A stretch of DNA of 64,000 bases from NCBI GenBank assembly GCA_964016885.1, contig OZ024741.1, forward strand, positions 174,468,001 through 174,532,000, in the 5' to 3' direction. Below the pieces are notes generated by a model, which did no database searches, was not told the DNA's origin, and saw only the letters and a list, made by a program, of their open reading frames with translations. Shown in pieces: positions 53,635 to 64,000 of the stretch. Source of the DNA: Eledone cirrhosa. Taxonomy: Eukaryota. The position numbers and the translations under genes were made by a program. Each line of letters begins with the position of its first letter. Positions within the stretch are counted from its first letter, which is position 1.

Positions 53635-54012
53635 CGGTGGATTGGCAGTATCGGTAGAGGGTCGAACGCCATGCTTTCCAGCATAGTTACGTCCCTTTAC
53701 GATGTGAGTTCAAATCCCGCCGAGGTTAACTTTGCCTTTCATCCTTACGGGGTCGATAAAATAAAGTACCAGTAATGCACTGGGTAATTGCTGGCCTTGT
53801 GCCTAAAGTAGAAACAATTATGTAGGGCGGTAGATTGGCAGTATCAGTAGAGGGTCGGACGCCATGCTTTCCAGCATAGTTACGTCCCTTTACGATCTGA
53901 GTTCAAATCCCGCCGAGGTTGACTTTGCCTTTCATCCTTACGGGGTCGATAAAATAAAGTACCAGTAATTAACTGGGTAATTGCTGGCCTTGTGCCTAAA
54001 GTAGAAACAATT
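53635..54012 (+). mobile_element. Tandem dimer of SINE family A with a single TSD
   Basis: Two near-identical units; TTATTATTTTATATTCAC at 53618-53635 and 54011-54028. Confidence 0.85.
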
Positions 54013-55279
54013 ATTATTTTATATTCACTTTCCATGTTGGCATGGGTTTGATGGGTTGATATAGTTCTATTGAGTTCATATTCAAAGTTACTGTCCTCCT
54101 AGATAGGTTGGATGACATGCATCTCTCTTGAGTATTCCAATTTTGGCTTAGTTTCTATGGCTGGGTATCCTTTGTAACACCAACTGCTTTACAAAGTGTA
54201 CATGGTGCATTTTATGGTGGTACCAGCATTAAGGCAGTTGTCATGTCCTTGCTAAGTGTAAAGAACCTTCTCTACTCTACATTGTCTCTATTCAATTACC
54301 AACACTGGGGAATTTACCTTGGCTCATACATCACAAAAGTGTCCTCTCCACAGTCATATGCATTATTTTCATTATTTTACGTCTGATTTTTCATATTGGC
54401 ATGGGTTAGCTGGTTGTTATCATTCATCTCAGTAAGCATTATCTAGCAACAGAAACAAAACCCCGGTCATTTTTGTTGTTCTGTATGTATTACAGTGTGA
54501 ATTAGGTGTGTATTCTAAAAGACAATGTGGTCAGATAATAGCCAGGCATACCTGAAACTGTTGCATTTGTCTTGTGAAGCACTGGGGCAGAATCAGTTTC
54601 AATCGGTACAACACTTACATACTTTTGGCCATCTAAGAAGTTGATTTGCTTTTCACATATCATCATCATTATAACCTTGTTTCTCTGTCTAGAGTTATAT
54701 TTAATATTCATAACATGTAAAATACCATCATCATCATCATTTAATATCCATTTTCCCTGCCAAAAAGGGTTGGACAGGTCATCATGACCAAGTCAGTACT
54801 TCAGTGGAGCTACTGACTTCCAAATTGGGCAGGTGCTGGTGTCTCATTTTTGTGAGTTCTTGCACTTTATTCAGTGTTCAGATGGGCTGAGGGCCTGCAT
54901 CTCACGTACATATGTTCCCACACTCTAATGAGTACTGAGATGAGCTGAGGACAAGCATCTATTTTACATGTTCCTACACTCTCCAAAGTGTTCAGACAGC
55001 AGAGGTGCCCCTGCACTTCACTTACAAAACATGTAAAATATGTTTCAAAACATATTTAATCATACACCATGGCATTCCACTGAAAGTAATTCACACCTTA
55101 GTGTTATCAGTTAAGCATTTTCATTTATTTACCTAACTTGCATTCCTTCACCAACCTGGTATTATATGGTGTAATAAATACATCAAATTATGACAGATCA
55201 CAATATCTACATCAGCATTTATATATGTTTGTGTGTGTATATATATATATATATATATACACATACATGTGTGGGTATA

Positions 55280-55316
<37 letters not shown>

Positions 55317-55323
55317 GGATAGA

Positions 55324-55356
<33 letters not shown>

Positions 55357-57718
55357 GTATGTGTGTATATATCATCATCAACGTTTAACGTCCGTGTTCC
55401 ACGCTTGCATGGGTTTGGACGGGATATATATATATATACAGAGAGATACATTTATAGACACTGTAACTATTATGAACAAGCTATTCTAATATATGTAATA
55501 ATAAATCTCCTAAAAATAAAAATATGACAGCTTCCTACCATAATCAGTTAAATTTGAGAAGTTTAACATCAGATAATATAATATATATCAAAGAAAATAT
55601 TATAACTAAATTATAGTGAAATCACATTTGAATGACTATAAATAGAATTTACTGTGAATTTATTCATCTACTTAGTGAACGCTATTATTAATAGTAGCCA
55701 TCTCACATTGTTATTGTCTGTTCCTTGCAGACTGAAGAGATGTTTCATGCCCACTGAATAGTATCGGGTATATTAACTGAGGAGAGGAGGGACAGAGGTC
55801 AAGTTGCACCAACTTTCAATGGAACTTGACCAATTTTTACTGCAATGCTTGGTGTGACAAAAACAAAACAAGTAGAAAAATAGAAAAGAAAAAATCCTAC
55901 CAACAATGATAGTGCATATATCATTATCATTACCATCATCATCATCATCGGGGCTGTGGATTGGTAGAATCGTTAAAGTGTTGGACAAAATACTTTTGTC
56001 ATTTAGTTATGGCCTCTTACATTCTTAGTTCAAATCTCACCAAAGTCAACTTTGCCTTTCATCCCTTCCCCTAAATTTGTAAGCCTTGTGTCTATGCTGG
56101 AAACCATTATCATCATCATCATACTTTTATGTTCATTTTCCATGCTGTCATGGCTTTGATAACTTATTGTAGTCTGATATTACATAGGTCAGGTCATCAA
56201 GGTTTGTGCATTCATTCCATTTTTGGCATGGTTTCTGCTGATCGAATGCCTTTCCTTATACCAACTAAAATCTACTGGGTACATTGTATTGTGGCATTAA
56301 CACTATATATATATATATAAACCCCACTAAAATGATTTCACAGCACTACTCCTAGCATAAGCCTACAGACCTCCTTTTACAGTGTAATGCAAATTGTTGT
56401 TCCTTAATCCAATATCAGGTCCTACAATTTTCTATATATCCTTACAAAATACCTATAAATATATGAATTCAACATGTGGTTCCCTTCTTTTCCATTCTTG
56501 CATCCACACACATACTTGTCACAGTACCTAGGAATGTGTAAAAAAAAAAAAGCTGAAATGTAATAGGATTTCCACTAGCCAAGCAGATTTCTTTTCATAT
56601 GTAGCTGTCTACACTTCTGAAAACCTATCGCTATTGTATTTATAGTCTAAATCCCATTAAATTTTGTTAATTCTCCACATATAGCATAAACTGTTACTTG
56701 AGCATGAAAATTTCTAGATTCTTAAAACTAAAATCTACTGTGTTTACGTTTACTGTATGTTTATATCTCATAATTTTGAAGCTCAACAAAATGTGATCAA
56801 TAAGTACTGGGGTTGATATCATTGACTAAATACCTTCAAGGCAATGTCTCACCATGGCCACAGTCTAATTACTGAAGCCAGTAAAAGAATAAAAGAATAT
56901 ATACGCATGGTTGTAGTGCTGGTGCCACAAGAAAAGCACCCAACTCACTCTGTAAGGTGGTTGTGCTGTTTCCATGACAAAAGCACCCAATCCAACCTGT
57001 AAGGTAATACTGGTGCCACGAAAAAAGCTCCCAGTACACACTGTATAGTGGTTGGCATTAGGAAAGGCATCCGGCTGTAGAAAACCAAGCCAAAAACAGA
57101 TCACATAAGCAAGATGTGGTCTCCTGACCTGTCTTGCATCAGTACATGACAACCTGGGCGGGATTTGAACGCAGAACGTAAAGGTTTGTAACTCTATACT
57201 GCAAACCATATTATCCGACGCTCTACCGATTCTGCCAATCCACCGCCTAATAATAATAATAATAATAATAATTTCTTTCTTTATTTATTTATTTATTCAT
57301 AAATAAATAAATAATAAAGAAATAAAGAAAGAAACCATTATTATTTATTTATTTATAATAATAATAATAATAATAATAGCAAAAATTATGATAATACTTC
57401 TACCACCATCACCATCAATACACCAGCTGTTAAAGGCTCTCTTCCAACCAATTCAAATAGCTGCCTGGAATTTCTTTTATTAGAACCTAGGTATGGGCAG
57501 CAGCTAGGGCGTGGTAGTTTATATCTTTGGTGGAGGGGGTTGGAATATTGACAACCAGGAAATCTTCATGAGTCTGGGCAATAGCTAGGGTGTGGTAATT
57601 TTGGCTTTGATGGTGGTGGTGGTGGTGGTGGTGGTGGTGGAGGTGGCAAGAGGGGTGGTTGGAATATTGACTAATGGATACTACCAAATATTAGGTACAG
57701 TCCTTTCTTGGTGATAAA

Positions 57719-57962
57719 ATGATCATCACTGCCACCAACACCTCCACCATCATTATCAATATCATTACCATCATCATCACCACCATCTTCACTACCCCAT
57801 CATCTCCATCACCACCACACCATCATCCTCATCATCATTACCACCACCCCCATCACTATCCCCATCATCTCTACCATCATCATTATCACCACAACACCCA
57901 TCATCACCCACCACCACCACCCTCATTCTTGTCACCACCACTTCCATCACCATCACCATCAC
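57719..57962. repeat. Degenerate (CAT/CAC)n trinucleotide tract
   Basis: Low-complexity CAT/CAC runs; similar tracts at 28020-28120 and 38910-39072. Confidence 0.8.
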
Positions 57963-58427
57963 GTTAATGACTATGATGACAGTTGTCATGAGCTATGAAC
58001 CATGTAGTAAAATGTCTGTTGGTTCCAGTTGCCAAGATTCCAACCCAGATGTTTCCCAGCTGATACCAATATGGACCGGAATGAGCCAGATGACTAACAT
58101 TAGGAACATCTGTTGCAATCTCCTGCCAGCCTGCTGCACATTCTTGTTTTTGTTTACAACCAAAGCAACAACGCCATTCTCTCTCTCTCTCTCTCCCTCC
58201 TCTCTCTCTGTTTCTCATTCTCTTTCCTCCCTCTCTGTCTCTATCTCCCTTTCTCCCCTCCCTCTCCCTTTCTCTCTCCCTCTTTTTTCTCCTACTTTCT
58301 TTCTCCCCCCTCCCTTTCTTTGTTTATTTCTTCACCCACTTTCAGAAAAAAGGCAAGAACCCAACGTTAAATTCTTCACTCTACATGACAATTGAATTTA
58401 CAAACAAAACTCTTTTATAAACTCTTT

Positions 58428-58464
<37 letters not shown>

Positions 58465-58612
58465 TGGGTTTTAAATATATACACCACATCCTATCCCCCC
58501 CCCCCCTCATTTTTTCCCAATCTCATATATCCATCTTGCTTTATTTTTCATATGTTGATTTAGCACTTCACTGCTCGCAAGTGTTTTTTAAGCTTCATAT
58601 CATGTTTCCCTA

Positions 58613-58679
58613 TTTTATCTGATGAGAACGCAAGTATCATCCCATGATGATATTTGTTTTTGAAATGCGCATAGTGGAG
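58613..58679 (+). ncRNA. Type I hammerhead ribozyme motif with extended stem II
   Basis: TTTTAT-CTGATGA-GAACGCAAGTATCATC(CCAT)GATGATATTTGTTTTT-GAAA-TGCGCA-TA-GTGGAG. Stem I is mostly G-U. Lies in a ~250-bp insert between TA/TG and TA tracts. Confidence 0.65.
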
Positions 58680-58740
58680 TACTTGGAACTCTTTTAACCA
58701 TCTTTTGATCTTATATTATATATATATGTATATATATATG

Positions 58741-58771
<31 letters not shown>

Positions 58772-58840
58772 GTATATATATATATATGTATATATATATG
58801 TATATATATATGTATATATATATATATATATCCCCCCCCC

Positions 58841-59114
58841 CCACTGCAAGGTGGTCGTGGAGGTGCCACGGCAAAAAAGCACCCAGCCCACACTGTAAAG
58901 TGGACGTGTAGGCGCCACGAAAAAGCACCCATCACTCACTGTAAATGAGGTTGGTGTTAGGAAGGGCATCCAGCTGTAGAAATCAAGCCAAATCAGTTCC
59001 TGTATGACCAAGGCATGGTCAGCCGACCAGACACTGCCCACAACAGGACAACCCGTCTAACCCATGCTAGCGTGGAAGAACGGACGTAAAACGGTGATGA
59101 TGATGATGATGATG
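58841..59114 (+). mobile_element. RTE 3'-UTR fragment, nearly identical to 19182-19455
   Basis: Direct sequence match on the opposite strand; (GAT)n tail. Confidence 0.85.
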
Positions 59115-59543
59115 ACATCCCTGTCTAACATTGATGAGATAGAGGTGCCACTGAAATATATCATCATCATCATCGTCATCATTGTCATTCACTTTTCCAT
59201 GCTGGTATATATATATTGGACAAGATGTTTTGAGACAATGTTTTGCAACCGGATGCCTTTCCTGATACCAAACATTTTAGTCACCTCTTATGACATACAA
59301 GGATATGATGTACCTATTCTTGTTAGATTAAAATAGATAAACATGACATTTGGCCATCTACTTGAAAACATCTGAGGCTTTCCTGCCTTGCTAAGAGAGA
59401 ACATGATTGAGAACTGTTTCAGTATTCTAGCCCTAGATATATTATAATACTGGTACAATACCAATCTATGGACTGGTATTTCTTTTTATCTGGATATAAT
59501 TATGGGCAGAAACTTGAACACACACACACACACTCTCTCTCTC

Positions 59544-59579
<36 letters not shown>

Positions 59580-62500
59580 CTGCATAGTTTCTGCCTCCAA
59601 ATGCATTCATAAGACATTGGTCAGTCCGAGGCTGTTGGAGAAAACACTTGTCCAAGGTATCATGCAGTAGGATAGAACCAGCAACTAGGTTACTGTGAAA
59701 CAAACTTCTGAACTAGACTGTGTCTCAATGACCACAGATTATTTGTATTTCCTCTTTCAGACTCTCCTAGTCATATTTAACTAAAGTAGATTTAGTTTTT
59801 GGCTTGTATCTCGCAATTATGAGAGCAGACAGGTCTCATGTTATGTTATGGACATTTTGTTTTCTCTATAATGTAGTCTTTAAGTGTCATATTTCTTGGT
59901 TGTAATACGTTGGGCTCATCTGATGGCTACTATATCAGATAGAAAGAAAAAATAACAAAACATACTTTTTTTTCCATTGAAGAGACTGGAGTTGAGAAAA
60001 ACTCAATAACATGAAGTTAACAGTCTGGTAAACATGTACTTAAATTATTCATCTAAAAGAGCTAGATGAGTTGTTTAGTTGCTGAGATGATGAAAGCGTC
60101 ATACTACTGCTTGCTGCTGCTGCTGTTGTTATTTGGCTCCAGGTCAACCCTGATTGAGCAGACATATGATTTAAAGGCACTCTATTTATGACCATCTCTC
60201 CTTTTGGGATGTGTTTAGCATTGCGTTATTTCGTTTGTGCTTCCCTTTCTTTAAAGATAGTAGGATGAGATTTGAAGAAGATTTGGCTGCTATTTTTAGC
60301 AGATCGAACAGCTTCGTAGAGACTCCCTCAGGGGTACAGGGACAACTATTTTGTACAGAAAAGTGTTGGTTGTCATGAATGGTGGTGTAGCAGCATTATT
60401 GTCCACTGGTTGTCATCAACAGCAGCAGCATCATTAACATCAGTTTTACCTGCTGCTAATAATTGGATGGTTTGTCACAGACCAAGTCAGTACTTAAAGC
60501 CACTGATCTCTCAGATGGACTGAGACCCATCTCACTTACATATGTTCCTGCACTCTACAAAGTGAGAAACACCATGCAATTGTGGCGCTAGCAATAGGGG
60601 TGGGGGTGGGGGTCGCCATATCTTTAACACAACTGAAAGTCCTCTCAACCCATTTTGACATGGTTTCTACTGCTGGATGCTCTTCATATCACCAACCATT
60701 TTACAGTGTTCTGGGTGTGTTTTATTATGGCACCAGAAAAGGTAAAAAGGATTCTCTAGAAATGGAGAGTGACAGAGTTCTTAGTTTGGATCTAATCAGT
60801 TATGGTAGTAAAAAGAACCTTAACAAAGTTAATGCAAGCCAAATCTAGATTAAACAAAATGCAGTTTAGGTTTGATGCAGCAAATGGAACCTCAGATGCC
60901 ATATTTAATGAGACAACTGCAGAAGGCCTTAACTAAGTCAATTTATTAATGTAGTCTAGTTTCCACTGAGAGAGTTAGGTCTAGAGCAATGTTTCCCAAC
61001 ATTTTTTACTATCAATAACCCCTTTTATTAGAATTAATGTCTCCCCTTGCTGCAATTCCCCCCTCCCCTTGCGCCCCGCCCAGATTGTTTTATGGTGAAA
61101 ATAATGATCAAAAGAGAGAAATCTTTATACTTAAAGAAGAATGGATACTCAATTGCATGTATATATTATATTTTTAATAAAGTACATGAAATTTTGAGCT
61201 TAGCTTAAAAATACCCAGTATTAAGGCACGGTCTTTCATAAGAATATGGCCAGGAAAGGGTTGGAGTACCAGATACGAAAAAGTAGTCTGGAATCAAAAG
61301 GCTTCAATTGCAAAGTTTAAATGACCTTGTTAGTAACAGAGAATATAAATTCCCAGTGCCATCTGAGAAGTGGCTTTGCTATTTATAACAGAAGGAAGGA
61401 GATAGAAACTCAACAATGCTTTGTACTCAAAGTCAACTATAGATATACATATGGTGGAATGTATAGTAGACTGGTAGTAGATAAATAAATGAGGAGACAT
61501 GAAATCATCATCACTGTTTTACCCTTTAACGTATTGTTCACAAAATGACTAATATGAAAATCTCATAGATTCAATATTATGTGAGATAAAGCCTTTACCA
61601 TGAAAATACAATAGTAAATATAGAGTAATGTAAATGCTAAAGGGTTGAAGTCTATTTTCTTTATGTGCATGGGTTAGATGGACTGTTATGTTATGTTATG
61701 ATACTAGAGAGATCAAGCGACCACGCCTTGCTCATGTAATCCATTTTGGGCTTTGATTTCTCTAGCTGAATGCCCTCCCTAATGCCAACCACATTTCATT
61801 ATGTACTGGGAGTTTTTATAGTGAAACCAGCACTACCACCTTGCAGGGTGGACTGTGTGCTTTTTGTTGTTGTACCAATATGACTACCTTATTGAGTGAA
61901 CTGGGTGATTTTTACTGGTCTCAGTAATTAGACGCTGGCCCTGCTGAAGCTTTGACTTATATAGATGATCATATCGATTCCAATACATGTATGTACTGTA
62001 TATATCAAATTTACAGACCTCACCGGATCAAGGTGTGACATGGCCAACTATGGCCAGACTTGCCTCCCTGCGTGGACGGCTCGTCTAACTCATGCAAGCA
62101 TGGAAAAATGGACGCTAAACAGTGTTGCTGCTGATGATGATGATACATATGTGTGTGTGTGTGTGTGTGTGAAAAGTAAATGGAAAAAACACAGTAGCTG
62201 ATGAAGTACAATAAAAAATATATATTAGTTTCATGCTTAATACAGTAGGAAAAGTCTTAACATTTATAAGCTCATCATATAAGGACAGTTTAGCAGCTGG
62301 TGGAATCTCTTTGTAGACTGGTAAATAAACAAGAAATCAGACATAGAACTATACTTTATGCTTATATATATATATTTTATATACTTTATAAAACTCCTTT
62401 TTCAATATTTGTTTCTATTTTTGGCACAAGGCCAGCAGTTACCCAGTGCATTACCGGTACTTTATTTTATCAACCCCATAAGGAAGAAAGGCAAAGTTAA

Positions 62501-62701
62501 CCTCGGCATCAATAATGTCACTTTGACTGATCAACAAAGAAAAAAGAAAAACAGATTGTTTAAATATATTTCTGTGCTGTTTCCAATCCTACTTTTTTTC
62601 TATAACCTCTGTTTTGTATAGAAACTTACTTCCTTTTCAAATATATATATATATATAAAATAATAATAATGAAATTATTGTGTACAGTGCTCAGGTGCAC
62701 T

Positions 62702-62736
<35 letters not shown>

Positions 62737-62738
62737 CG

Positions 62739-63111
62739 ATATTAACAAATGGAAACTATATTTATAAAACCATATTTATTTCATTATACATATTTCAAGG
62801 ACACCAAGTTAAATTATGGTGTGCTTTCATCAGATAAAATATAATATAGAGCAGTTTTATAAATAAATATTGACATACCCTTAAAGAATGCGACCATTTC
62901 TGTTGGAAGCTCCCGGATAGTGATTATATTTTATCTGATGAAAGCACACCATAATTTAACTTGGTGTCCTTGAAATATGTATAATGAAATAAATATGCTT
63001 TTATAAATATAGTTTCCATTTGTTAATATATCATATTTTTACTCCAATAATTTGTTGAGTGCTTTGTTATAAAAATATTTGCATGTTGGATCCCAACAAT
63101 TTAAATAGAAC

Positions 63112-63114
<3 letters not shown>
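62739..63114. mobile_element. Hammerhead-bearing fold-back element (PLE pLTR-like) in (TA)n
   Basis: Arms 62739-62845 / 62923-63029 (one mismatch seen) with a 77-bp spacer. + strand TTTTAT-CTGATGA-AAGCACACCA(10 nt)TGGTGTCCTT-GAAA-TATGTA-TA-ATGAAA. TTGTTGAGTGCTTT tail. Confidence 0.8.
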
Positions 63115-63149
<35 letters not shown>

Positions 63150-63152
<3 letters not shown>

Positions 63153-63352
63153 AATGGAAGTAGAGCATATTCGAAGCTCGAGCCGCAGCTAAGCCGACGA
63201 ATGCATTCAGAAGTGCAGCCAAGCACTCAATAAGGTATAAAACCTTAGAGTAATAACATACAGTTTAAAGGGCTTTGCAAATTGAAGATAGCGACCGGTA
63301 ATTCAGCCGCGGGGACCATAGCAACGAAAGAACTGACTCGCGAGAAAAAATA
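63150..63352 (-). mobile_element. CpG-rich pLTR-tail-like insert between (TA)n tracts
   Basis: Minus strand TATTGAGTGCTT ~70 nt before (TA)n, as in the hammerhead elements; no hammerhead core seen. Confidence 0.4.
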
Positions 63353-63506
63353 CATACATATATATATATATGTATCTATGTATATGTATGTATATATATG
63401 TATGTATATGTATGTATATATATATGTATGTATATGTATGTATATATATGTATGTATATGTATGTATATATATGTATGTATATGTATATATGTGTGTGTG
63501 TATGTG

Positions 63507-63538
<32 letters not shown>

Positions 63539-63544
63539 CACGTG

Positions 63545-63586
<42 letters not shown>

Positions 63587-63596
63587 AGTGCACGTG

Positions 63597-63629
<33 letters not shown>

Positions 63630-63630
<1 letters not shown>

Positions 63631-63827
63631 GCAAAAAGCTCCCAGCACACACTGTCAATGTGGTTGGCATGAGGAAGGGCATCCAGCTGTAGCAAACCAG
63701 CCAGAATCTCTCCTATAGGAGCAAGACACAGTCACCCGACCCAACTTGCCTCTAATTGGGACAAACCCGTCTAATCCATGCTAGCATGGAAGATAGATGT
63801 TAATCTGCGATGATGATGATGATGATG

Positions 63828-63884
<57 letters not shown>

Positions 63885-63997
63885 CATCAGTCCTATGCGA
63901 GCAAGACAATCACTCTTGCCTCAAGTGGGACTACCCCCGTCCAAACCCATGCAAGCGTGGAACACGGACGTTAAACGTTGATGATGATGATGATGAT
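63630..63997 (+). mobile_element. Two RTE 3'-end fragments (63630-63828, 63890-63997)
   Basis: Match 18946-19115 and 36227-36345 respectively; (GAT)n tails. Confidence 0.8.
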
Positions 63998-64000
63998 AAC

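Noticed and set aside
13684-55760. Candidate + strand splice acceptors (~13698, ~31760, ~38562, ~55730) as exon 2
   Set aside because: No convincing matching donor or recognisable protein sequence in the required phase.
57248-57378. Apparent inverted repeat of TAA/TTTA/TAAA runs
   Set aside because: Low-complexity; pairing is expected by chance.
62657-62708. Short TA-flanked piece matching 13490-13527 in reverse (CACTGTACACAATAATTTCATTA)
   Set aside because: Probably the extreme 3' end of another LINE; too short to classify and has no hammerhead motif.
7661-63718. Many ORFs rich in YI/CV/HT/LS/ER
   Set aside because: They are translations of (TA)n, (TG)n, (CA)n and (CT)n microsatellites or of SINE/LINE UTRs.

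Overview
AT-rich, repeat-dense animal genomic DNA. The SINE/LINE repertoire and microsatellite density suggest an octopod cephalopod, which is an inference. The window holds one probable first coding exon (+, ~8244-9592, low-complexity S/T/Q/N, ending at an AG|GTAATT donor). After it come >54 kb of apparently intronic or intergenic DNA with tRNA-derived SINEs, 5'-truncated RTE and R4/Dong-like LINEs, piggyBac/hAT/Tc1-type MITEs and microsatellites. There are three minisatellite arrays, with 65, 38 and 43 bp units. Two observations stand out. (1) Short elements next to TA/CA microsatellites carry type I hammerhead-ribozyme motifs (CTGATGA / stem II / GAAA / palindromic stem III / UH). Several are fold-back palindromes centred at or near the ribozyme, and three share a long, covarying stem II. 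They look like Penelope-like-element pLTR or retrozyme derivatives. (2) The 5.6-kb 65-bp satellite is an amplified piece of a LINE ORF2 (PTMEYSSHIW) whose 3' remainder still follows the array. Most ORFs in the supplied track are microsatellite or repeat artefacts. No database searches were possible.
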